Origin: Macrostomum lignano | Lineage: Eukaryota | Direction: 5' to 3' | DNA: 64,000 bases | Assembly (NCBI GenBank): GCA_002269645.1 | Contig: NIVC01001695.1 | Location: 31,246-95,245, forward strand | Shown: positions 51,971 to 62,830 of the stretch, in pieces | Position numbering within the stretch: the first letter of the stretch is position 1 | Layout of the letters: the number at the start of each line of letters is the position of its first letter | The notes under the pieces: model-generated | The model's input: only the letters and a program-made list of their open reading frames with translations | The model's database searches: none | What the model was told of the DNA's origin: nothing | Made by a program: the position numbers and the translations under genes

Positions 51971-54288
51971 TACTTTTCCTCCGATGCTTTTCACCACAAT
52001 AGCCGCTATGCCCTGCATGGGGTAGACAGCTATAGGCGTGGCTGATGGGTGTGAACGGTTGGACTGGCTTCCCCCCCCCCTCCCCTTTGAGCATTCGAGA
52101 CTGTCAATAATACATATTCGAAGAATGAATCGTAAATCACGAGCTCTCAAATTCAAATTCAGAATTCAAATCGGTTCTAAGTTTTGTCCAGTGCACTGAG
52201 ACCTGATTCAAGTTATTTCAAATTCAAAGGATCCATGAAAGTCAATAAATTATCGTTCCGGAACAATTACAATTTCAATTTCACTTCAATTCAAGAAACG
52301 TCGTCGAACGTCTGATATCGAGTTCTTATTCTCAAGCCTCAGAGCTTCAATGCAGAAATTCAATTCAGTTATTCGGATCCTCAATTGTTAAAGCTTCAAA
52401 GCTTCGATTTTTCAAAAGACCGCGGCATCATCAATTGTTCAAGTTTATTTAATGTTGGACGCCTCTTCCTTCACTGCTTTTCCACAGAATAGCAAAGTCT
52501 GCTCTGGATTTCTTCATATATATTTGAAACTCTCCAAAGCGACTGAGCCATTCGATTTCCTCCTCGGTTTTTCCCAGTGTGTGGCCACATCTAGAAAACT
52601 GGCTTATCTTAGATTCTCTGCGCCGTTAAGCGCCCGAAAGAAAGAACGAAAACGCAAAAAAACCTGACGAGCTATTCCAACCAAGTCACTACAGTAAACA
52701 TCAATCAAAATCTGGAGCCACCACTTTCTTGCTGTCAGAAAACTTTTTCGCTTATCAGACAGGTTGCTTGTCTAACCATTCATTATCTTCCTTGATTAAA
52801 GCCCAAGATTCGCTGTTTGCCAAGCCTGCGTGCTTCATCTGGAAAACCTTGCTTATTTTCGTAGACCGCTTGCCTAGCCTTCCATCACTTTTTCTTGATT
52901 AAACAATCCAAACTCACTGTTTGCAAAGCCCACGAGCCCCATCCATCAAATCCTCATCGACCCAAGTTTGTTTTTTCGGATTGCTGATTCTGGCGGTTGC
53001 CCTTTATAGATCATTTTGATGTAGAGATTAGGATGCTAGGGAATTTTCTTGTGTGTTTATTCAGCTTCAGTGCCCTCCAACAAATCCTTATCTTAAACAA
53101 GCTGCCCAAGTCAGACTTCGCGCGCATACTTAATCTCCTAGAGAGACCTCCTTTCTTAATTAAAGCCATCAATCAACTTCATTTCCCACGAGAAAATCTT
53201 TTCCTTAATCAAACTGTCCAGGCCAGCTCCATCCTGCCACTCACTCTCCGGTTCAGCGACCTTTTCACGATCTCTGATAAACAATTTCCCCAGGAATTTT
53301 TTTCCTTTCCTAGCCATTTCCCGTTTTTGTATGATGGATTAAGATCCAAACAACTTCTACTTTTCTCTCATCTCCCTATTGCCAAAGGCAATACATGTTT
53401 AGTGTTCCTCAGCACCGACTCCCCGAGCTCCATACATGTACCATAATCTTTCCTTGTCTCTTGTTCATGGTTTTCTTTCTATCATTGTCCTCGTTACGTC
53501 TATAATTGCATTGCAAAAATACTACTTCAAAATAACCATTAGATCGCAAAAATAATAAAATTTGAAAACACAAAAAAAACAATACCATTGCTTATAGTTC
53601 ATCTCGTATAATCCGTACTGCTCTTATCATGTTAAAGTTACAAAATGATCAGTCCGATCAATAAAAAATTATAAAATTTTCAAAAAAATTAAAAAATAGC
53701 AAATTTATAAAACTACAAAAACATTACTCTACGTTTGCTTAAAATTATGAAATCAACCCCCTAGCTGAAACTCGTCAGATAGTTCAAAATTCAAATTCGA
53801 AATTCAAAAAGCCAGAACAAATTCTCAGAAGAAAACTGCCGACTTCAAGAAAAAGAAACTGCCGACTTCAATGATACAAATTCGATTTTATTGGCCACCA
53901 CTGATGTCCGTCTAGTCCAACATTCAGGAGCTCCTTTATCAAATTCAGTTTCAATAAAAGTTTCAGAACCGATCAAAACGGCAGTTCAATTCAAAATTTC
54001 AAAATTCAAAGTTTCAGAACCGATCAAAACGGCAGTTCAATTCAAAATTTCAAAATTCAAAGTTTCAGAACCGATTTCAATTCAAAATTACTTCGATTTC
54101 CAAAGCTCGTTGCAGATCACAGTTAAAAAATCACACAGTCTCTCTTTCTCTCCCTTCCCCAGCCAGTCCGCCAACCGCAACCCTGAAAGCCACTGCCGTT
54201 TGCTCACTTTGAATTTGACACTCTACTTTGCTATTAGTTACATTTTTGTGCTATTGTTGCCTTGAAATTATTGATTGAATTCTTGTTA

Positions 54289-57200
54289 ATGACCACACCT
54301 GTCCGAGATTTACGTTCCGGACCAGTTTTTCAAAGCTCAAATATTAACAGACCCCCTGAACAAAATTTAGAAACTTCTGACCGCCAAATAGGTGAACAGC
54401 TCCCACGAAATAGTTCACCAGTACCTAACCTGTTTATACCAGATAACGTTGAGTTTAATAACCCTCTCGCGGATCATTTTGAATACAACCGTGCACACTC
54501 ACCAGCACCCAGTTCCATCCTAACAGACGCGGACGAAACAGTTCAACCGGCCCCAAACGATATTGCTGAAGAACCTACTCTAGATATGGCTGATCAGGAC
54601 GGCGCTCCCCATGTTGATGCTGCAGCGACAAATGCTGTCCGTGAACTTACTGATGTTATGAACCGCAGTCTGCAATTGCAATCAAACCATCCCGTCTCAG
54701 CTACTGCTCTTGCTGAAATTCGTCAATCCCTGAAAGGAATCGACCAAATGCATGACTTCCGCTCCTTCACTGAAGAGTTCGACTTGATCACACGCTCCTT
54801 TGGACTATCGGAGAACGCAAAGATTCGGCTCTTCCCGCGACTACTGAATGACCTTCTTAAACTCGAATACAGTCGCCTCTCTGCCGTAGTCCAAGCCTCT
54901 TATCCAGCCACCATTAAGGCACTATCTCAACGCCTTCGGGAAGTAACCATTGGCTCGGCTCTAACGCTGCATAATGCAACAACCCGGAAACAACAGTACG
55001 GCGAACCGTTCCTGTCTTATTTCACCGACATTCGTCGAAAGCTCAGGTCAGCTATGCCGGAAATACCGGAAGAATTTCCGGAAGGTGCCGGTCCGGAAAC
55101 ACCACCCGCGAACCAAGCTGTCATCGACCAGCGCAACCGAGACTTCCTTGCTACCCTGATGGCTACGACTATCAACAATGCACTGCCCTACATCAAACGA
55201 GAACTCTTGAAGCAAAATATCACCACGGAAAGTACGCTAATCAACAAGGCCATCCGCGCCGAACAAATCCGCGACTCCACCATGGACTCTGATGGCACTG
55301 ACTTGAAAGCTCTCACAGAGCGTCTAACTACCTTAGAAAAAACGACGAAGGAAGCCAATCAGCAGGTGGTTGCCTCCCTGCAAACACAAACCAAGCCACC
55401 TATCGCTAATATGCAACAGAAGCCCACTTGTTATCATTGCGGTCGACCTGGACACTATGCCGCCGACTGTCGTCGAAGGAATGACCAACAACCTCGTCCC
55501 TTCCGACCTAACTCAAGCGATCGAAGGAACACAGCTCAATACGGCTCTGATGCCCCGCGGGATCGTTACCAGCAGGAACCGCCACGATTGACCTGTAACT
55601 ATTGCCGAAAACCAGGACACTCTATTAACCAGTGCCGACTACGAGCCCAACGTACACAAGGCTACGGTCCACCGGCGACACAACAATCACGATTTCCACC
55701 CCGTCAAGACTATGGAAACCGGCCTCAGCAACGCTATCCGCCTCGATACAACGGCGCCAACAATCAACGACAACCTCCGAGATTTGCGCAACAACAATAT
55801 CCACCGATACGCGCCATCACTGCTCAGGACCCTGAAACGTCCCACCTAGGATGGAATCAACAGCCGCAGATTGGATGGACGACTCACGACGCTCCCGAGT
55901 CTGCCCAACTGATGCACATTGCTACAGTTGATGAACGCCCACCGACTTTTGGAAACGAAATTCGCTACTCTGGAGACGCTAAGCAGCTGAAATCCTTACT
56001 CAAAAAACCGACTACTGCTTCTGCGACTATCAACTCTATCCGCCTTTGTACGGTTGAAAGAATGACTGACACCTACACTCCACCGACCAGCAACAACAAC
56101 CGCGAGAAAACCGTGAAAGCTTCCGTCGGAATTCGCCGATCACTACTGACACTTTTTCTCCTGTGCCTAGCAACTTCACTCTTCGCACTAGCCAACGCTA
56201 CGCCGGTAACGACGTCAACTCCACCATCGATTGAGAGACAATCTCACGAGGGCTTCATTGACACACCAATGGTCTGTCCGTACAACCAGATCCCACGAAT
56301 TTTCACGATACCACATGAGATCCGTTGTGAACAGCTCAAACACCAAACAACGCCGACACTCCCGTTGAAACTGGAACTTTACACAACAAACGTGGAAACC
56401 AGTTCCCTGGTTATGACTGTCTGTTTCCGCGAGAAAATCACTATTAGATGTGATAAGGCGGTGATAAGAACCTGGACATCCGCCCTGGTAGAGTTGGAAC
56501 CGCAACCAGTCACTCAAGCTGATTGTGAAAACTGGGCACGAACAAAGCTATCTCCTGATGGATCATTAGTGTTAAAGACTGCGTCAACTCAGTCTATCCA
56601 ACGCCTGCAATCGACATTCAACACGCAAAATGCTGTGCGTTGCACTCCCGGTTCCCATTCAGAACAAATAGTAACAACAGTGATCACCGGAATCCCAGCC
56701 TACTCAACAGCAGATCAAAAAATGGAATCTTTGTCCTTCCCAATGGACAACTGCAAACTCACCGACAAATTTTGTACAATTAAAACAACTGCACAAGAAA
56801 TGCGAGCTTTCAACCTACCTTTGCCAATACTAACATCCCCCTGGGATCCTTTGGAAACTGAAGCAATCTACCAAATTGACGTGAAAGGACCAAGACATCT
56901 AAATCTTATTTGGACACCTCCACCACTCGCTGATTGTCCTTTAAAACCATTTCGTACTCTTGAAGGCAACTTAAACTCAGGCTTGTTCTTAACTAATGAT
57001 CAAACATTGGGACTAACCTTCAACCCAGTGCCGTCGACTCACACTCTCACCTGCACTGGCGTCCGTAAGACGTTGTACCTTTCAACGCAAGGTCTATACG
57101 TAGACATCCTCGACAACAAAGAAGCAGAATTTCTCGCCACCTTACGAAGCCCATTAGAAGAAGCTACTCCAAAACCTCAAACTAGCGAAGAAACCACTTC

Positions 57201-60200
57201 TTCGAGACAAAAACGTCGTTCACCACCAGCGATACTACCAACGCCACCAACAATATTACCCGTTCAGCAATCGACGACTCAACATCCTTTCACTACGACA
57301 ACTCAGTCACGACAATTCCTACCGCCGCAACCTTTACGACAAGAGCGACCTGATCATCCACCGACGTCAAGCACTTCTACAACAATGGCGCCAACAACTA
57401 CGATACTAACTACTACAAAATCAACACCAACAACTACAATTTTGACAACGACAACACCACCGACTACAACGACAACACCACCGACTACAACGACAACACC
57501 ACCGACTACAACGACAACACCACCGACTACAACGACAACACCACCGACTACAACGACAACACCACCGACTACAATGACAACACCACCAGCTACGACGACA
57601 ATGCCACCGACTACAACGACAACAATACCTACCACAACCGTAACACCGACAACTTCAACAACCACCACTGCTACAACCTCAGCAGCAACAACGACAGCAG
57701 ATTCAACTACGATGACTACAAAAGTGACGACACAACCTCGTACCACCACCACTTTACCGCCAACAACCTCAACCTCTAGCAGCACAACCAGTGCACCAGC
57801 AAAGTCTGCAACCTCAACCTTCACGACAAACTCACCAGCGACAACAACAGATCCACAACTGGCTTCTATTCATACGAATCTAGCAGTTCCATATCACGAA
57901 CCACAAGGTGGTCAACCGGATCTCCTACTACTACCACGCAACAAGCGAAGCACAGATGACAAAACCATCGCAGCCCCTTCAGGCAACTCTACTGCGCAAC
58001 TTTCATCAACGTTCGCATCCGCTGAACTTCTTGCTGGACAACTACAAGGAGCTGCTAGTAAAGCTCGAAAAGATCTTCTCCAAGTACAGAGGCAGCTGGC
58101 AACTACTCAATGCCTGATGTACGCAACTAATCTCAAGTACAATCGACAGTTATACTACACACAACCAACGCTCGCTGCTCGACTCTTATTAAATGATCCT
58201 TTCTTGCGAGCTAGATCCATTGCTGGATACCTCTTCGTCTACCAGTGCAAACCCCTACATCAGTTTCGCTTTGTCCAACCAAAGTACAAGACGAACCAAT
58301 GCTTCACGCGCCCCCCACTGGAATTCCGCCTACAAAATTATACCGTTCTTGGATTTTTGGATACAACGACTCGTATTGTCTCCACAGCTACTCCAGCTCT
58401 AATCTCATGCGACGCCTTCCCACACTACTACCTGCCTAAACAATCGATGCTATTCAAGACCACACTAAATTTTTCGAGGTTTGAACCTACAACCGCTAAT
58501 GTCAGATCCGATGAAAACTATCGATTGTCCGATTTGCAAACTTCCGTCTCCGAGAGCATCTTCAAACCTATGGGAGATATCAATTATACTTCACTTCGTA
58601 GCCCAATAACGGTGACCGACCTAATGCACCAGTTCATGCAAACTCGCGATTTTCTGATTACAGTTTTCAAACTTCCGAATCGAACACGACACAGGACAGC
58701 CCATGCTGACAGTGCATTCCTGGACTCAAAACTAGCTCTCTTCAATCTATGGTCTTCGTCGATATTTAACTGGGATCGACTAGTCGCAAACTATCAAGAA
58801 AAGTTCGTCTTAACAGCAGCTGTAATCGTCTACATTGCCGTTATTATCTTCGTGTGCAATCTTGGCCGACTCTGCGTCGCCAGCACCATCCGTTACGGCA
58901 GAACGCACACTATACAAGTGCTGCGGCAACAACGAACTCCAACTCAAGTGGAATCACGAAACGACTACTCCCAACAACAGCAACTGATACCACCAAGACG
59001 AGCGCCAACACCTTCGGCACCCATCGAAACGATTGAACTTCGTGCCACCCTTCCGCCACCACGGAGACCACCACCAGAACCGAAAGTTCCAAAATGGCCA
59101 GCAAACTACTCATACGCCTTTGTTTTGAAGCACCTAACAACAGCAACAATGATCAACCTGTGGTGCCGCAACGCACCGCATACTCGACACAGATGCACCG
59201 CCCTCATTGACAGCGGCGCCTCGATCTCCTGCATCTCACCGGCATTCGCCAAAAAGCTTCGAGTACCATTACAAGACACCAACATGAACGCCATTTGTGC
59301 AGGAGGACAACAACTAAACCTCAACAAAAAGGCTACTTTTGATCTCGAAATCGATGGACGCAACCACAAGATATCGGCCTTTGTGCTCGACACCCCCGAC
59401 GCTGACTATGATTTGCTCTTAGGAGTAGAAACCTTTAAGTCACTGGGAATACCACTACAATTCGACTACTCGAAAGCGACAGCTAAGCTTGGCAATGAGC
59501 AATTTGCGATGCTCAACTCCATCCAACAGTTGCAAGAAACCTCTGCGGTGATGCAAAACAAGCTAGAGTTACCACCACAGACAACGCACCAAGTCACGCT
59601 GAAACTCTCTTCTCGACATGAGCCAACGATTCCTGTCCTGTTCGTCCCTAAGGACCACACGATCCAGAAACACCAGTTGATGATACCAACTTGCCTTGTT
59701 TCTGTCAACCCGGACGGACAAACTATCACTGTGGAAATTGCCAACCCGTCGCTGACAACGCAAACCTTGCATCCTCAACAAGTCATTGGAAATCTGGCTA
59801 ACATGTCTGACTACAACATCGTGCGCCCAGCAGCTCAAATCAACAGTCTCCGCACGCTGCAACAAGAAGCACCTACGACTGACATGATCCGTACTCAACT
59901 CAAACAAGCCAACCAGCACCTCTCAACCGAGCAGAGTGAACAATTAGTTACTCTAATGAACAAGTACCGTGACGTCTTGGCACTACTGCCAACCGACATG
60001 GGTTGCTCTACCCAATACACGGCTCACCTGCATCTACACCCACACTCTGAGCCAGTCACGTCCAGACCCTATCCAATCGCTCATGGACTACAAGAACGGT
60101 TTGATGAGCTCATCGAAAACTTCCGTCAAAAAGGAATCATCAGTCCGAGTGAATCGGAATACTCAAGTCCATGTCTTCTCGTGGAAAAGAAGACGCTCGA

Positions 60201-60498
60201 CGCTCAAGGTCGCCGACAACTAAGACTCGTGACGGATTACCGAAAACTGAACAAGCTAATTCGTGCTCCTAGCATCCGACCTCCGAAGATTCCGGATTTG
60301 CTACATCGATTGAAGAACGCTAAACTGTACACACTCTGTGACCTAGCAGATGCTTTCTACCAAGTTCGGATTGATCCAGAAAGCACAAAATACACTGCGT
60401 TCATTGCACCCAACGGCCTACTTTGGAATTCAATCGACTACCTCAAGGACTCAAGTCAAGTCCAGTCCAGTCCAGTCCAGTCCAGTGCCGTCTTGTAG
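54289..60498 (+). CDS. Gag-Env-PR-RT(N-part) polyprotein, >2000 aa uninterrupted
   Basis: CYHCGRPGHYAADC and CNYCRKPGHSINQC knuckles; internal signal peptide; Cys-rich ectodomain with RQKRR and RNKR sites; TM helix; ALIDSGAS protease; LRLVTDYRKLN and DLADAFYQV. Confidence 0.92.
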   Translation: MTTPVRDLRSGPVFQSSNINRPPEQNLETSDRQIGEQLPRNSSPVPNLFIPDNVEFNNPLADHFEYNRAHSPAPSSILTDADETVQPAPNDIAEEPTLDMADQDGAPHVDAAATNAVRELTDVMNRSLQLQSNHPVSATALAEIRQSLKGIDQMHDFRSFTEEFDLITRSFGLSENAKIRLFPRLLNDLLKLEYSRLSAVVQASYPATIKALSQRLREVTIGSALTLHNATTRKQQYGEPFLSYFTDIRRKLRSAMPEIPEEFPEGAGPETPPANQAVIDQRNRDFLATLMATTINNALPYIKRELLKQNITTESTLINKAIRAEQIRDSTMDSDGTDLKALTERLTTLEKTTKEANQQVVASLQTQTKPPIANMQQKPTCYHCGRPGHYAADCRRRNDQQPRPFRPNSSDRRNTAQYGSDAPRDRYQQEPPRLTCNYCRKPGHSINQCRLRAQRTQGYGPPATQQSRFPPRQDYGNRPQQRYPPRYNGANNQRQPPRFAQQQYPPIRAITAQDPETSHLGWNQQPQIGWTTHDAPESAQLMHIATVDERPPTFGNEIRYSGDAKQLKSLLKKPTTASATINSIRLCTVERMTDTYTPPTSNNNREKTVKASVGIRRSLLTLFLLCLATSLFALANATPVTTSTPPSIERQSHEGFIDTPMVCPYNQIPRIFTIPHEIRCEQLKHQTTPTLPLKLELYTTNVETSSLVMTVCFREKITIRCDKAVIRTWTSALVELEPQPVTQADCENWARTKLSPDGSLVLKTASTQSIQRLQSTFNTQNAVRCTPGSHSEQIVTTVITGIPAYSTADQKMESLSFPMDNCKLTDKFCTIKTTAQEMRAFNLPLPILTSPWDPLETEAIYQIDVKGPRHLNLIWTPPPLADCPLKPFRTLEGNLNSGLFLTNDQTLGLTFNPVPSTHTLTCTGVRKTLYLSTQGLYVDILDNKEAEFLATLRSPLEEATPKPQTSEETTSSRQKRRSPPAILPTPPTILPVQQSTTQHPFTTTTQSRQFLPPQPLRQERPDHPPTSSTSTTMAPTTTILTTTKSTPTTTILTTTTPPTTTTTPPTTTTTPPTTTTTPPTTTTTPPTTTTTPPTTMTTPPATTTMPPTTTTTIPTTTVTPTTSTTTTATTSAATTTADSTTMTTKVTTQPRTTTTLPPTTSTSSSTTSAPAKSATSTFTTNSPATTTDPQLASIHTNLAVPYHEPQGGQPDLLLLPRNKRSTDDKTIAAPSGNSTAQLSSTFASAELLAGQLQGAASKARKDLLQVQRQLATTQCLMYATNLKYNRQLYYTQPTLAARLLLNDPFLRARSIAGYLFVYQCKPLHQFRFVQPKYKTNQCFTRPPLEFRLQNYTVLGFLDTTTRIVSTATPALISCDAFPHYYLPKQSMLFKTTLNFSRFEPTTANVRSDENYRLSDLQTSVSESIFKPMGDINYTSLRSPITVTDLMHQFMQTRDFLITVFKLPNRTRHRTAHADSAFLDSKLALFNLWSSSIFNWDRLVANYQEKFVLTAAVIVYIAVIIFVCNLGRLCVASTIRYGRTHTIQVLRQQRTPTQVESRNDYSQQQQLIPPRRAPTPSAPIETIELRATLPPPRRPPPEPKVPKWPANYSYAFVLKHLTTATMINLWCRNAPHTRHRCTALIDSGASISCISPAFAKKLRVPLQDTNMNAICAGGQQLNLNKKATFDLEIDGRNHKISAFVLDTPDADYDLLLGVETFKSLGIPLQFDYSKATAKLGNEQFAMLNSIQQLQETSAVMQNKLELPPQTTHQVTLKLSSRHEPTIPVLFVPKDHTIQKHQLMIPTCLVSVNPDGQTITVEIANPSLTTQTLHPQQVIGNLANMSDYNIVRPAAQINSLRTLQQEAPTTDMIRTQLKQANQHLSTEQSEQLVTLMNKYRDVLALLPTDMGCSTQYTAHLHLHPHSEPVTSRPYPIAHGLQERFDELIENFRQKGIISPSESEYSSPCLLVEKKTLDAQGRRQLRLVTDYRKLNKLIRAPSIRPPKIPDLLHRLKNAKLYTLCDLADAFYQVRIDPESTKYTAFIAPNGLLWNSIDYLKDSSQVQSSPVQSSAVL
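57370..57850 (+). repeat. Coding Thr/Pro tandem repeat (TTTTPP)n, mucin-like
   Basis: accaccgactacaacgacaac 21-nt units in frame within Env. Confidence 0.9.
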
Positions 60499-62830
60499 CA
60501 TTGTTAACAGCTGACTCTCCAAATCAGATTGCCTACTTGGACGACGTCATGCTTATCGCCGAAGACTTCACCGGCATGCTCAAAGAAGTTGAACGCTTCT
60601 TCCAAAAGTTACGACATCATGGATTGCGAATTTCACTACGAAAATGCATCTTTGCTAAAACAGAGGTACAATATCTTGGATTTGTTGTTTTCTGCTCAAG
60701 GCATTAGACCAGCCCCCAGCCTTATCGAGAAATCAAAACCTTTCCTGTGCCTCACACGGTTAAACAACTACAATCTTTTCTTGGACTTGCAAATTTCTAC
60801 GAACGCACATTGCTGGCTACTCACGAGTAGTAAAGCCACTTCTGAGTATTATCAAAAATACTTCAAAACCCAACAAATTCGTCTGGACGAACGCTGGCAA
60901 ACAGCCTTTGAAAAGCTGAAACAACTTCTCTCTACGGATATACTACTGGTTCATCCAAATCCGCGAAAACCGTACTTCCTGCACACTGATGCCTCGGATA
61001 CCGCATTGGAGCAGTACTATCACAGCTAGACGACAGCAACCACCAACGCCCGGTTGCCTACATTTCTAAGACGTTAAGCCAAACTGAACAACGCTTACCA
61101 CCGATTGAACGCCGAAGCATACGCCATCTATTGGGCAATAAAGAAGCTACACGTGTTCCTCTACGCTTCTTTACCAACAGTTCCACGTCTTCACTGATCA
61201 CCAGCCACTCAAGAGTCTATTCAGTGACAAGCAGCAATTTCAAAACGACTTCAGAAGTGGATTCTAGCGCTACAAGATTACAACTTCACTCTCAACTATG
61301 TGAAAGGCAAATCAAACGTAGTAGCGGACTGCCTTTCGCGCATCCCCAAAGTCTGTCAGATACAATCGCTGTCAACATTCAACGGACTGCAGGATGCCAT
61401 TGATCAAGACCCATTACTGTCAACAATCAAAGCACTTCTATCGAAAAAATCACCCACTCACGAGCTGTCCAAGAAAGACCAACAATATGTTCGCCGACAC
61501 CTGGCACGTTATTTCCTGGACGGAAACACTCTATACTTTGAAGATGACGAAGGACGAAGCCGCCTCGTGATACCAACACGCTATCGTGAAGCTCTTTGAC
61601 AAGTAACCACTCGACAAGTAACCACTCGACAGCCCTTGGTGGTCATCTAGGTCACCAAAAGACAGCAGACAAAATCAGTCATTTCTACTACTGGCCTACA
61701 CTACGGCAAGACGTCTTCAATTTCATTAACAACTGCGAAATCTGCCACAAAGCGAAAACAGCACCTCGACTGCGACCGCTGCACAAAGCCGTCAAATTCA
61801 ACGAGGTTTTCTCTCATTTGGCTATCGACCTTGTAGGTCCACTGCCACCAGCTTCACACGGCCGCGACGTCTACAAGTACATACTCACAGCCCAATGCGG
61901 CGTTAGCAAATTCCTGTTCACAATCCCGCTAACTGAGACAACTTCTGCAACTATCTGCAACAACCTCTTCAACCGTGTGTTCGCTTTCGCAGGACTACCA
62001 GCACACATCATCTCAGATAACGGACCCCAATTCATCTCGCAAGAATTTCGAGAGTTTATGGGTGCCCTTGGAATCCATCTAATCTACACCTCGGTGTACC
62101 AACCATCCAGCAACTTCGTCGAACGCGCACACAAGACACTGAAGCAAACCTTACGGCCTTTGTCCATGACAAACCAGATCTCTGGATTGACTTCCTACCT
62201 GCGGTGACACTAGCAATCAATACCGCCGCACACTCAACGATGAATGAATCACCATTCTACTTGTTCTTCGCTCGAGACTTCCTGCCACCCAACGCACGGA
62301 TCATGGAACACCAGACAACTGCATACATGGACGTTATTAAACCAGTCAATTTGACCTGTTCAGCTATTTTGCTTGCCAGAGAAGTCGCCAAGGAACTTCT
62401 GCACAACTCAGCTGAACAGCGCGCTGAAAACTCTGACAAGAAGATCAACCGCCGCTACATACGCCCAGGTGCACGATGCTACTTGGATGTCTCAGCAACA
62501 AAGGAGACAAAATTCTCCAATCCTTATCGTGGCCCAATGCGTCTATTAGCATGGCTCTCCGATCAGAACGCACTGATTTCTGATGTCAACCGACCAAGCG
62601 AACGACCAATCGTGGTACATGCCTCCAAGCTGAAACCATGGCCTGGAGATGGACTCAGCGCTGGACCTAGTCACCTACCTGAGTTCACAACTGATGACAT
62701 TCAGGTCCACCACAACCATCGGCCGCCATTGAGCAAGTCCATCGCGCTGCAAACCACGTCTACTGATGAGCCACCAGTTCAGCCACAGACGCATGGCTAC
62801 AACCTAAGATCAAAGAACAAGAAGTCGTGA
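60423..62830 (+). pseudogene. pol: Remainder of pol (RT C-part, RNase H, integrase), multiply frameshifted
   Basis: FNRLPQGL, YLDDVML, QYLG, LHTDASD, YVKGKSNVVADCLSR, GGHLG, C..C, AIDLVGP, ISDNGPQF, NFVERAH. Confidence 0.93.

Noticed and set aside
60450-60490. (AGTCC)n tract in RT resembling the LINE (AAGTC)n tail
   Set aside because: It extends the native PQGLKSSP codons and has no TSD; slippage or read error is more likely than a retro-insertion.
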